Shown here piece after piece: positions 1 through 11,625 of a stretch of DNA of 64,000 nt (position 1 is the first letter of the stretch; every line of letters begins with the position of its first letter). The stretch comes from Octopus vulgaris (lineage: Eukaryota): NCBI GenBank assembly GCA_951406725.2, contig OX597823.1, positions 58,280,001-58,344,000 of the forward strand, read 5' to 3'. Made by a program: the position numbers and the translations under genes. The notes below the pieces were generated by a model. It ran no database searches. It was not told where the DNA came from and saw nothing but the letters and a program-made list of their open reading frames with translations.

Positions 1-30
1 CCTACATTTGGATCTCACCCTTCTATATCG

Positions 31-73
<43 letters not shown>

Positions 74-146
74 CGTAAATGTCTAACGATTAAAATGAGT
101 AATCAACACCGCATTGGTGAATATAATTTCTTTATTTGTAAATTAA

Positions 147-214
147 GGCTACCATTGGTTTCATGTTAAGGAAAGTAGGAAAATATTTTTTGCGTTTTAA
201 CAATTTTTCAAGCC
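147..214 (-). ncRNA. Type-I hammerhead-ribozyme-like fold, UUGAAAA core variant (probable PLE terminal remnant)
   Basis: Minus strand reads ggc-TTGAAAA-attgttaa...ttaacat-GAAA-cca-a-tgg-TA-gcc. Stem I ggc/gcc, stem II tgttaa/ttaaca, stem III cca/tgg, GUA cleavage triplet; lies close to (TA)n at 32-68. Confidence 0.6.
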
Positions 215-249
215 AGTCACATGGAAAAAGGTGTTCGTCTCCATTTCGG

Positions 250-479
250 AAAACACACTCGCCATCCAGGAAAGGACTACCCTATTCACCTACTACAGTA
301 TTATTTCTGGGTGATGAACAACAGCTCAATATTTGAAATGTGAATGTGATATATGTCGACTTTGCCAAGACCTTCGACACAGTCGATCACAGGATGATAC
401 ATCACAAATTGATTGACCATTGTATCGTTGGAAAATTTGGAAAGTGGCTGTATGCCTTAGACAGTTGCAGCCAAAGGTG

Positions 480-527
<48 letters not shown>

Positions 528-1450
528 CTCTCTCTCTATCTTTCTTTCTTTCTCTCTCTCTCTCTCTCTTTCTCTCGGGAGACATCAATACTAAGGTGAG
601 TTACTCAGGGAATGGTAACGGGAACGCCACTAACCTTGGTGGGTCTCTCAAACATGGCCTCAGCAATACATTCAGTCGCTCCCATCTATCTAAAAGTGCA
701 TTAATATTTAAGTACAATGTGCGAGTGAGTACAAGAAAACAATATGCAGTTCAAAGCCCACAAGCTGCAAGCATTCCGCTGACGACCTACTAACAGATTT
801 CATGAGTATTGAAATACCGGGTTAGAGTTTATGTGCGTGACATAAGAATCCATAAGATGGTGATCCATGTGCATATGATAGATGGCAACAGTATTCAGGC
901 GACTGTTTAGTTGGATTCTGAGTTATTTCAGAACACGGAAAAAGGAAACCATCTTGTTCCGACGGAGAACTACCTATGGTCTCCATAAAGAATCACACTA
1001 ACGTTAGAACTCAAGACACTACTACAGCAATAGAAACTGGTAGATGCTAAAAGAGTTGAGGTTCTATTCCCCGAAAAGAAAACACGAAAGATATGCAGTG
1101 ATATATGTATGGAAGATCCTGGAAGGTCTAGCACCCAAACTTGGCATTGAAAATTGCACCAATCGCCGGATTGGACGCCATTGCATAGCACCAAAGTTAC
1201 CTTCCAGACTAAGGAACCAATACTGTAATGGCTGAGAGTTAAAAGCTTCAAACCTTTCAATTCTTTGGTGAAAAGCCTCGGAGACTATGCGGTGTAGATG
1301 AGTATATCTTCATTGAACGATTAGACAAATTTATGTGTGATGTACCAGATGTGCCCACATCACGGCAAGAAATGCAAAGAAGAGAGGTTTTGTTCAACTC
1401 ACTTCTTCACCAGGGACAATTCCGGAGCCCGAGCCGGCAAATGTGTATAA
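250..1450 (+). mobile_element. Degraded non-LTR retrotransposon ORF2 remnant (CR1/L2-like)
   Basis: RT motif VIYVDFAKTFDTVDH (340-390) and C-terminal LKELRFYSPKRKHERYAVIYVWKILEGL (1047-1130); many stops; interrupted by (CT)n at 481-575. Confidence 0.7.
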
Positions 1451-1526
1451 AATAAAAAAGTAAACGCTAAATGAGATCACCCAACATGGCTACAGACTCT
1501 GGTGGAAACCTGTAACAGAATAATCG

Positions 1527-1922
1527 CGCAAAGCGTGGTTGTATGGTAAGAAGCTTGCTTCCCAACCATGTAGTTTTGGTTTCAGTCTCACAGTGCGATA
1601 CTTTGGGCAGGTGTCTTCAACTATAGCCCCGGGACTGTAGCCTTCTGAGCGGATTTAGTAAACGGAAACTCAAAAGAACCTGTTGTATATCTCTATGTGT
1701 TGATTTATATATATGTGTGTGCCTTTGTGTTATTGTTGTTTATTCCTGCAGCATCGTGTTAGTTTTCTTACATCTTCATAACCAAGCGGTTCCGCAATAG
1801 ACACCGACAGATAAATACCAGGCTTACAAACAAGTACTGGGGTCGATTTGTTCGACAAAGCCCTTCAGTGTGGTGTTTCATCATGGCAGCGGTCCAATAA
1901 TTGAAAGACATAAACAATAAAA
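1527..1922 (+). mobile_element. tRNA-derived SINE family A (octopus-type, internal microsatellite), diverged copy
   Basis: Matches the copies at 25123 and 25733: gtggttgtatggtaagaagcttgcttcccaaccatg...ttgggcaggtgtcttc...ctggggtcgatttgttcgac. Confidence 0.8.
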
Positions 1923-2008
1923 TATACATACAGGCACATAGGCACACACAAACATATACATATGTGTAAATATATGTATATAGGGAGATTTTGTATACAT
2001 ATATACTG

Positions 2009-2048
<40 letters not shown>

Positions 2049-2176
2049 TTACAGATTTGTATTTATACACACACGCACACACACACAAACACACAAACAC
2101 ACACACACACACACATATATATGTATATATAGATAGATACAGATATAGATATACAGATTTATATATATATGTATAC

Positions 2177-2262
<86 letters not shown>

Positions 2263-2974
2263 TTATATATATATACATATACGTATACATATACATATTT
2301 ATACATATATAGAGAGATGGAGAGAGAGGGAGAGAAATGGAGAGAGAGAAGGAGAGAAAGATAGAAGGCAATGTGCACATGTGTACATATACGTTAGTGA
2401 TTGCATACATCTAGGTAATGTCAGACACATTGGTTGTCTACCATCCATCACTGATTTGAAGCAAATTGCGTTGGTTCATTTATTGGCTTAATTCCCACAA
2501 TACCTACTACCTGCTATTCTCTCATTTGCCTTTCTTTTCTTTACTCTATTTTTTTTTTAATAATATATCATACCATTAGCTGACTAGACATTATTCTGAT
2601 TTCTGCGGTTTTTTGTGATTTTTTTTCTCCTCCTTTGATTTTTCAATTCATTTCAATTTACACATCAATTTCTTCTGATGTATTTATTCTTGAATAGATT
2701 CAGATTTTTTTTCCCCATTTCTTTGACAACTCTTGAGCTTCCTCAAACATATGATAAGGCTGATTAGACATTTGGGGTGAAGGTGCGCAAGTGCACAAGT
2801 GCGCAAGTGCACAACTGTGTTTCTGACTTGTAAAATGTTTAAAAATAACTTAGTCTGTCAAGACCGCTGAAAGTTATTAGTCATATTTACTATTCACAAT
2901 TGTGTTTTCATCCTCTTCATATCTCCTTCACAATAATATTTTCTGAGAAAAGTAAATCAGCTCATCTCCATTTA

Positions 2975-3112
2975 ACAGGTTCCCCTCTTTCTTCGTGGTT
3001 GAATGGTTAGCGGTAGAAAGGGCATCCAGCTGTAAAAACGGGACAAAAAACAATTGCGCCAATAAAAATACCAACATCCTCATCGTAGAGGCATGGGAAT
3101 ATTGATGTAAAA
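2975..3112 (+). mobile_element. SINE/LINE 3'-tail fragment
   Basis: gaatggttagcggtagaaagggcatccagctgtaaaa resembles a recurrent SINE tail motif (recalled from memory, single copy here). Confidence 0.4.
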
Positions 3113-3479
3113 CACTAAACAAAATCATATTTCCATTCTGTTTTTTTCTATCCACTTACCACGTTTTTCCTTTTCTTCTTTTTTTTCTTTTTCTTTTTCC
3201 ATTTTCTTTTTTTTTTTTTTTTTGGAGACAGTTGAATTGACTCAATTTATTCATATTGGTGTCTGGCTATTTATTCGACATTAACATTCTTGGCTCTTTG
3301 ATTTTTCTTGATGTTTTTGTATTCTTCTTTCTATGACATAGTCGCAAGCTGGTTTGTTTGTCTCAAAAAAAAAAGTTTCACGTTGTTCCTCATGAGATAC
3401 ACACACACACACACATATCTATACACATACGTGTATATATATATATATATATATATGCATATGTGTGTGTGTATGTATG

Positions 3480-3517
<38 letters not shown>

Positions 3518-3555
3518 CATGTATATATGCATTTATGTATGTATATATCTAACTA

Positions 3556-3735
<180 letters not shown>

Positions 3736-4125
3736 TATGTATGTATAATTTGCCAAGTCTTGATTTTCAGATTTCCTGCCATCATTGTCTACGAGTGTGC
3801 AACTCTTTTTATCAATTTCTGTTTCTTCGGAATAAACAACCTTAAGAAATTAATTTTTTTCTTTACTTCTGCTTTATAAAATGATACATTTGTGCAATCT
3901 TTCTCCTTTGTAGACTGTGAACCATTGATTGTTTTAGTGAAATAATAACCGAGCAGAATTCGCCATAGAATGCTTATTTGGTAGGAAGTTAACAAAGGCC
4001 TTGACATAAAATTGCTATCACAGTGTATTATAAAAGAAATACAGTTCTATATTAAAGAGATGAGGAATTATGTGCATTATTTACATTATTTACATTTGGC
4101 GGATATTTGTCTTCATATTGTTGTT

Positions 4126-4171
4126 AACACAATGTTTCGGTGGATATACACTCCAGCCTTCATCAGGCGTC
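4126..4171 (-). ncRNA. Minimal type-I hammerhead ribozyme (canonical CUGAUGA core)
   Basis: gacgc-CTGATGA-aggctggagtgtatatccacc-GAAA-ca-TT-gtgtt; stems I and II pair, stem III carries a mismatch. Confidence 0.7.
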
Positions 4172-4226
4172 TTGTGGAAATTTCGAACCTGGGTTCTCAA
4201 TCCTAAGGTACTTTTCGATGTTATTT

Positions 4227-4299
<73 letters not shown>

Positions 4300-4611
4300 A
4301 ACTACTACTACTACTACTCAAAATAAGGGTAGAAGAACATCGCAAAACTGTGACACGAGGAGATATTGATAAATCGGGTATAGCTGACCATGTATGGAAA
4401 AATGGACACCCCCCCTCAGTGGGGGGAAGTTAAAATAATGGACAGAGAAGAACACTAGACAATACGAAAACTAAAAGAAGCAGCACATATGCTATGACAC
4501 GACAACCTAAGCAGACCGAGTGCAGATATGAACAGCATATGGGAACCGGTATTAAGGAAGGGTAGGAAAATATTAGATTTATAAGCCCTAAAATTTACTC
4601 TATAACTGCAC

Positions 4612-4690
4612 GTAGGCATATGGTGTAGTGGTTAAGAGCGCGGGCTACTAAACCCAAGACTCCGAGTTCGATTCCAGGCAGTAACCTGAA
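4612..4690 (+). promoter_or_regulatory. tRNA-like segment with Pol III A box and B box
   Basis: A box tggtgtagtgg (4621-4631), anticodon-like arm ggg-ctactaaa-ccc, B box gagttcgattcc (4664-4675); no intact acceptor stem. Confidence 0.7.
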
Positions 4691-4809
4691 TAATTAAATT
4701 AGTCTTTTAGCTCTATTAATGGAGTTAAAATAACAACTTAAATAAAATAACAACTTAAATAAAATAACAAGAAAAGAACTGTATAATAATAACATCGAAA
4801 AATATCCAA

Positions 4810-4847
4810 GACACCTGATGAAGGCTCGAGTGTATATCAGCCGAAAC
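4810..4847 (+). ncRNA. Hammerhead ribozyme remnant (3' strand of stem I deleted)
   Basis: gacac-CTGATGA-a-ggct...agcc-GAAAc; the following ttgtgtt seen in the inverted copy is missing. Confidence 0.6.
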
Positions 4848-4959
4848 AACAAGATGAAGACAAATATCTATCAAATGTAAATACCTGTAAGACCTGAGTT
4901 ACCGAAACCAACGAGCGTTTGTTGGACTCTGGGCGAACCAACAAATGAGCCACCGCATC

Positions 4960-6080
4960 GTCCCTCAACCTACTAGAAATACTTGTCAATTCTCCAAATC
5001 TTACCCTTACCTTTTAAAAAAGGAACGGTATCTTTAATTTGGAGGCGCAATGGCCCAGTTGTTAGGGCAGCGGACTCGCGGTCATAGGATCGCGGTTTCG
5101 ATTCCCAGACCGGGCGTTTTTAGTGTTTATTGAGCGAAAACACCTAAAAGCTCCACGAGGCTCCGGCAGGGGATGGTGGTGATCCCTGCTGTACTCTTTC
5201 ACCACAACTTTCTCTCACTCTTTCTTCCTGTCTCTGTTGTACCTGTATTTCAAAGGGCCAGCCTTGTCACTCTCTGTGTCACGCTAAATATCCCACGTTA
5301 AGGGTGCACGTGTCTGTGGAGTGCTCAGCCACTTACACGTTAATTTCACGAGCAGGCTGTTCCGTTGATTCGGATCAACCGGAACCCTCATCGTCGTAAC
5401 CGACGGAGTGCTTCCATCCAGGTATCTTTAATGTATTCCTGATATATAAACATCCAGGATGTTCATGGATGATTATTGTACTATAGACAAACCTAGTAAA
5501 GACGCCATCGCATTATCACTTAACTTCTAGTCTCAGCATGCCAAAAATACATGTCAAGTCTCCGAATCTTACATGAAACTTCTTAAAAAAGGAAGGACAT
5601 CTTTAATATATTTCCAATATATAAACAGCGAAAATGTTCCCAGCTGATAGTTGGACTATGGATGAACGATCAATAGCGCTACTGCATCTAAAAATACTGT
5701 GAAATCCCCATAACTTACACTAATCTGTTAAAAAAGGAAGCTGTTCACAGCTGGGGTACATTATGATCATAAGTCTATTCGATCACAGCGATATGTGCAG
5801 TAACAAATACAATAGTCCTTTGTACGTCCATTCGTAAGTATATCTTTTGTAGGACAAACATTTAAAGAGCAAAATAAAATTTGGCAAACTACATTATGCA
5901 AGTTCCTTATATTTCAATTAACAAAATGAACGTAAAGCTTATGACCATTCTCAGCTGCAAACTGTTGAAGGAACCACTAGGTAGTCGCTCAAAATATCAG
6001 AAAGGGTTACCAATTATCTCTCAAAGTACGTAAGAAAACTGAATAATAGAGTTCTAGATACACTATGCTTAAAGCAGTTT
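4960..6080 (+). repeat. 3-4 degenerate tandem copies of a ~150-200 bp repeat unit
   Basis: Recurrent aaatac..gtcaa.tctcc.aatcttac...ttaaaaaaggaa at ~4977, 5545 and 5690; a related motif is on the minus strand at 45275-45330. Confidence 0.55.
5041..5420 (+). mobile_element. Full-length tRNA-derived SINE family C (Arg-like head) with 12-bp target-site duplication
   Basis: A box tggcccagttgtta, B box ggtttcgattccc; TSD ggtatctttaat at 5027-5038 and 5421-5432; a partial 3' copy lies at 61115-61265. Confidence 0.9.
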
Positions 6081-6206
6081 ATCTCAAGATAGAACACATC
6101 CCCCACCACCAGCGGCTGGGCATAACAATACATTGGTGGGATGTAAGACCTCAAAAGTAAGTTACAGATAAGTAAAATTTTATTGAAGCTTGAATTAAAA
6201 CTTCTT

Positions 6207-6261
<55 letters not shown>

Positions 6262-6392
6262 AAAATAGTAAAGTGTGAAAAAACGACAGAAGGCTTAAAT
6301 GTTAAAAAATATATATATTTGTGTCAAAATGTCTGGAGAATATTGGAAAAATTTTTTCCTTTCCTTAAAATGACATAATTTTAAAATTTTTA

Positions 6393-6432
6393 AAGAAATT
6401 ACCGGTTTCGCGTGTAGCTTTTCAAATTTCTT
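6393..6432 (-). ncRNA. Minimal type-I hammerhead (inverted copy of 7014-7053)
   Basis: Exact reverse complement of 7014-7053. Confidence 0.75.
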
Positions 6433-6594
6433 GTGACGTTATGTTTATATTGCATCGAGTTATCGTTGTGTTTATTTTCAGGAGATTTCTAAATAAGGGG
6501 AGGTAGTGAGTGATTTCTTCCGGTGTAAGGGAGATAATCGCTTAAAAAATTTTTTCCCTTTCCCTTGTTAATTTCTCTGTGTCAGTAATTTCTC

Positions 6595-6879
6595 TGCTCG
6601 GGCTGCCACCAAGACTACGTGGGTTCCACGGGACTATCACTCAGGCGTAGATGCACACTGCATCGACAACAGATTGCATTCCCAGAATATAGAATGATAC
6701 CTTTTAGTGAGCACATTGAGAAATGCGCAAAGCAACTACTGCCACAATTTTTAATCTTCCCATTTTACCAATGTGCTTTCGGATCATCAACACAAATGAG
6801 ACTGAACAAGGAAACATTCTTCATTGAAAAGTACAAACCCAGACTCAACCATCCGAACATACTGACACAGAGAAATTAA
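6595..6879 (+). pseudogene. GIY-YIG endonuclease C-terminal fragment of a Penelope-like element
   Basis: CSGCHQDYVGSTGLSLRRRCTLHRQQI...EH...C...RLNKETFFIEKYKPRLN contains CxxC, YVG(YIG), catalytic R, H, E and terminal P-x-LN. Confidence 0.85.
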
Positions 6880-7013
6880 CAAGGGAAAGGAAAAAAAATT
6901 TTAAGCGATTATCTCCCTTACACCGGAAGAAATCACTCACTACCTCCCCTTATTTAGAAATCTCCTGAAAATAAACGCAACGATAACTCCATGCAATATA
7001 AACATAACGTCAC

Positions 7014-7053
7014 AAGAAATTTGAAAAGCTACACGCGAAACCGGTAATTTCTT
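7014..7053 (+). ncRNA. Minimal type-I hammerhead ribozyme, U3-A8 core variant
   Basis: aagaaat-TTGAAAA-gc-tacac-gc-GAAA-ccgg-TA-atttctt. 7-bp stem I, 2-bp stem II, palindromic ACCGGT stem III, GUA site. Confidence 0.8.
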
Positions 7054-7228
7054 TAAAAATTTTAAAATTATGTCATTTTAAGGAAAGGAAAAAAAATTTT
7101 TCCAATATTCTCCAGACATTTTGACACAAATATATATATTTTTTAACATTTAAGCCTTCTGTCGTTTTTTCACACTTTACTATTTTCTTATATATTCACC
7201 CACGTGCTTTACCAAACAAACTTTCTTA

Positions 7229-7700
<472 letters not shown>

Positions 7701-7706
7701 TGTGGA

Positions 7707-7922
7707 TGTGGTAGACGAAAACTAAAAGAAGCCCATCGTATATATGTATATGTGTGTGTGTTAGTGTCGGTGTTTACGTCCCTCTAACCTAGCGATTCGA
7801 CACAACAGACCGATAAAATAAGAATTAGGCTTAAAAATAAGTCCTGGGGTCGATTTGTTCGACTAAATACCGTCAAGGCACTGCTCCAGCATGGCTGCAG
7901 TCAAATGACTGAAACAAGTAAC
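7707..7922 (+). mobile_element. SINE family A, 3' portion
   Basis: ggtagacgaaaactaaaagaagccc...aataagtcctggggtcgatttgttcgactaaa...gcagtcaaatgactgaaacaagtaa. Confidence 0.85.
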
Positions 7923-8081
7923 AGCATGGTTTTGGACGTGTTCTTCATTGACTGAGTTGTGAAATGGTTGTTCGTCTCTAAATTAGTTATATACATGTAT
8001 TATATATTATATATTACGAAATTTGGTCGCATATTATTATACTGAAGTTTTCCTGTAAGGTTGGAATAATAACTTATTCCC

Positions 8082-8138
<57 letters not shown>

Positions 8139-8492
8139 CAACAACAAACAACAACAACATTTTCGACACCACTACTGCCACTGCCACACACACCAACACA
8201 CACAGACACAATTACAGGAATAAACACAAATAATGAAAAACTCGTTGCATACCTAAAAGACAAAACAAGTACAAACATAACAGATTTCGTTATACCAACA
8301 CACAACACACCACCAGCACACATTCTCACAATCAAAATCAACGCAACAACATACAGTGACATAAAACAAATATTCCCTAACGATGTCGGATCGCTAGGGA
8401 AAAGTTTCTCAAAGAAACTTTATAAAAATATCGTGGAAGCAGCCGTGCAAAAGCACAAGGGTGCCACCCCCACCACCAATAACAGTAAGTAG
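8139..8492 (+). pseudogene. Putative C-terminal part of ORF1 (118 codons including the stop, no start codon)
   Basis: Open frame QQQTTTTFSTPLLPLP...LVAYLKDKTSTNITDFVIP...KKLYKNIVEAAVQKHK...NNSK* ending 40 nt before the ORF2 ATG. Confidence 0.55.
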
Positions 8493-8532
8493 AGCCTTTT
8501 TCTCCTATTATTTTTTTTCCCACCTTTGAAAC

Positions 8533-11500
8533 ATGGCAAAACTTAGAATCGGTTGCTTGAATGTGAGAGGCCTCGGGTCACCTTGGAAACAGGGTCACCT
8601 GTTAAACGACCTGAGGTTTCATGATGTGGATGTAGCAGCCATTAGTGAAACCAGGCTCTCCGACCCGCAGGAACTCGCAGCCCTTTTCGGCGGATACGAG
8701 ATCTTTCTATCTCCGTGTCGGCCGGGAGCGGGCGGTGGTGGCACTGCGGTGTTGTTTCGGAAGGGCAGTCTTCCTGGATCCGGAAGGTAAGTTGGTGGTC
8801 CTCGACGTAGACGGTAGTGACGGCGGTGCTTTCAGACTGCTGGCTGCCTACGCTCCGACAGGAGCAGGGCAGTCGGATTATTTCAAACGTCTGGAAGTTT
8901 TCCTGGGAACGTCACGCACTCTAGTGCTAGTTGGGGATTGGAACGCTGTCTTAGACGAACGTTTCGATCGGGTGGGAAGGGGAGTGTCTGATAGGAGGGG
9001 AGGGTGCAAGAGCCTCGCCAACATACTCGGCCGCTTTCAGCTGTCCGACACGTTTCGACTAGACAACCCGAATGTGCCAATGTGGACTTGTACCAATCGC
9101 ATCGGGTCGTCTAGATCGTACTTAGATAGAGTGTTTTGTAGGCCAGCAGATAAGGACAGCGTGGGGTGTCCACAATTCTACCTAGTCGACTACACGGACC
9201 ACAAATTCGTGATCTGTACGGTCGACTTAGATAGGCTACATAGACAGGGACCCGGCTACTGGAAGCTGAACGCGTCGTTAACGGCGTGCAAAGCTTACAG
9301 AGACCAGATTAGTTTACTAGTTAAGCGGGCGCTCACGGGGGCAATCATCAACAACAACTGGTGGTTTGCCCTCAAGAGAGCAATTAGAGTAGTGTCGATT
9401 AGGTTTAGTAAGACTCTAGCTATTGAACGTAGGAAGAGAGAGCGGGATTTAGTTAAGAAACTAGACGAGGCTCTTGAGACTGGCATCGCGACCGACATGT
9501 TGGCGGCCAGGTTGGCCCTCGACCAACACTTTGACGCCAAACACGAAGGCTGCGTTGTCAGAGCTAAGGCACGTTCGCTAAGCGGGGAGGGGACTAGAGC
9601 CGCTCGATGAGCCCGCGTGGCGGAGGCGAAGCGAGGCAACAAAGCAAACGTCTACTGCAACTGGCAGCAAAACGGAAGAATTCCTGCTTTTGTCTGTCGA
9701 GGGGTGTTGGCTTTGCTAAAGAAGGACCCAAACAAGGGGGACGTTATAGGGAATTTTCGGCCCATCACTCTGCTCAATGCAGAGTTGAAGATTTTGGCCA
9801 AGGTACTAGCCAAGAGATTGGCGCTTGTCATAGACAAGCTGGTTGACAAGACGCAGACATGCGCCGTGCCGACCAGGTCGATACACGACATGCTCCATCT
9901 CATGCGCTACATCATAGATAGGGTGGGTAACGACGCTGGCGCCGGTGGGGCTTTGATCAACTTAGATCAGAGTAAAGCCTTCGATAGGGTCGACCATCGG
10001 TACCTGGCAGCTGTTCTCAAGACAGCCGGCTTCGGTCCAGTCTTCCGCGGGTGGATCGCTGCTTTATACAGCAACATCTGCTCGGTGATACGGGTGAACG
10101 GTCACCTTTCGGAACCGTTTGACATCTCGCGTTCGGTCCGCCAAGGATGCCCTCTCTCCTCCCTCTTGTACATATTGACTCTCGAGCTATTACTGCGCAA
10201 GTTGGAGGCTTTGAGGGGTATCCGCGCGATCTAGGAGGCGGAAACAGCGTGTCTGCCTATGCCGACGACGTCTCCGTGATGGTGTCGAGCCACAGGCACA
10301 TTGGCCTGATTGGCGAGACACTAAACGAGTACGAAGCGGTGACAGGGGCAAAGATTAACGCGGAAAAGTCTGCGGGCTTGCAACTGGGCACCTGGAGAGG
10401 CAAGCTCATGCCGTCCAACAGCGTCGTAGGGCGCTGGACAGACGGACCCGTTAAACTGCTCGGGGTCTGGTTCGGTCCGGACCTCCAGGTGGATAAAAAC
10501 TGGGAAGAGGTGACGAGCAGGGTGGCACGTCTCACCCAGAAATGGGCCGAGAGGAAGCTGTCCCTGAAAGATCGAGCGGAGGTGTCGAATGCGTACATCG
10601 CATCCGTCATCTATTACCGCTTGACCGTCGTCCCTTGTCCCGACCGCTGGTTGGCCAAGCTGGTACGCCTCCTCTTCGACTTTTTGTGGAAGGGTCAGGT
10701 GGCACTGGTCAGGCGATCCATCTGCTGTCAACGACCGCTGAACGGAGGCCTTGGCATGCCGTGGTTACTGATGCGCAGACATGCACTCAGACTGCGACAT
10801 CTCAAGCGTTTCCAAGACGGTGAACAGGTGTGGTCGTCTTTTGTCAGACGCGACTTTCCGCAGCTCGTCTCTTTGACAGAGCTGCAGACCTAGATCAAAC
10901 GTAGACCGAGAAAGGACGCTTGGCACCTCGAGTGCCGTCAAGATCTCTCCGCCCTCCGCCGGGCGGGCAATGCGATCGGTTTCGGCTCCACTCTAGCGTT
11001 CTATAGAGGGTTAGTGGAGGAAAAATGCGACGATGTTCTCGGGGAAACTCTAGGCGTTGACGATAACGAACTGAGCGGTCTGTTCGGAAGGACTTTCGGG
11101 CCGGGGCCAATGGATAATTTCCAGAGGTCGCTCGCCTGGCAGTGCTACCGAGGGGCTCTGCCTGTTCGGGATAAACTCTACCGGCACGGAAGTACCGTCA
11201 GCCGGGCCTGCCCGAGGTGTTACCAGGACGACGAAACCGTTCTGCACGCACTCGTCCAGTGCCCGAGTATTGCTGAACTATGGGTTTATATCGAACAGCT
11301 ACTGTCGCGTATAGAACGGATCCGGCTATCGGTCGATTCTATAGTGAAGATTGCCCCGCCGACCTCCTTTAACAAGGAGGGCGAGGCCGTTTTCCTGTGC
11401 CTAGTGGCTGTGGCGAAAGAGGTTGTATGGTGGACCCGTTTGAAAGGGCTAAAGTCAGACACTTTCCTCTTTGGTCAAGGCCTCATCAACTTTTTCAAGT

Positions 11501-11625
11501 TTCACTTGAAGAGGAAGATGAGGTTAGAGAGGAGAGTGCTGTCCGATAGCAAGTTTTCTGAAAGGTGGATGAATTGTGCAAGAATGGCCAGTATAAATGG
11601 ACCAATTCTCAGGTTTCGCCTATGA
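8533..11625 (+). pseudogene. Disrupted ORF2: AP endonuclease, reverse transcriptase, zinc finger (Tx1-like)
   Basis: LNVRGL, ISET, YAP, GDWN, SYLDRVF, TDH (APE); GPGYWKLN; FRPITLLN, LDQSKAFDRVDH, RQGCPLS, YADD (RT); GGLG; CPRC...ETVLHALVQC. Frameshifts at ~8765 and ~10221; in-frame stops at 9608 and 10891. Confidence 0.92.

Larger units (their letters stand above)
4072..4890 (+). mobile_element. 5'-truncated Penelope-like element: inverted terminal copy, GIY-YIG C-terminal fragment, tRNA-like segment, hammerhead-bearing terminus
   Basis: 4072-4228 is the reverse complement of 4785-4890 (which has internal deletions). 4317-4500 encodes LKIRVEEHRKTVTRGDIDKSGIADHVWKNGH...RKLKEA, typical of the PLE GIY-YIG endonuclease C-terminal half. 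Confidence 0.8.

Noticed and set aside
4612-4690. Functional tRNA gene
   Set aside because: No proper acceptor stem and an irregular anticodon loop; treated as a tRNA-derived promoter. The same applies to the SINE heads at 5041, 38328 and 40258.
8883-11247. Minus-strand ORFs overlapping the LINE
   Set aside because: Antisense shadows of a GC-rich coding region.
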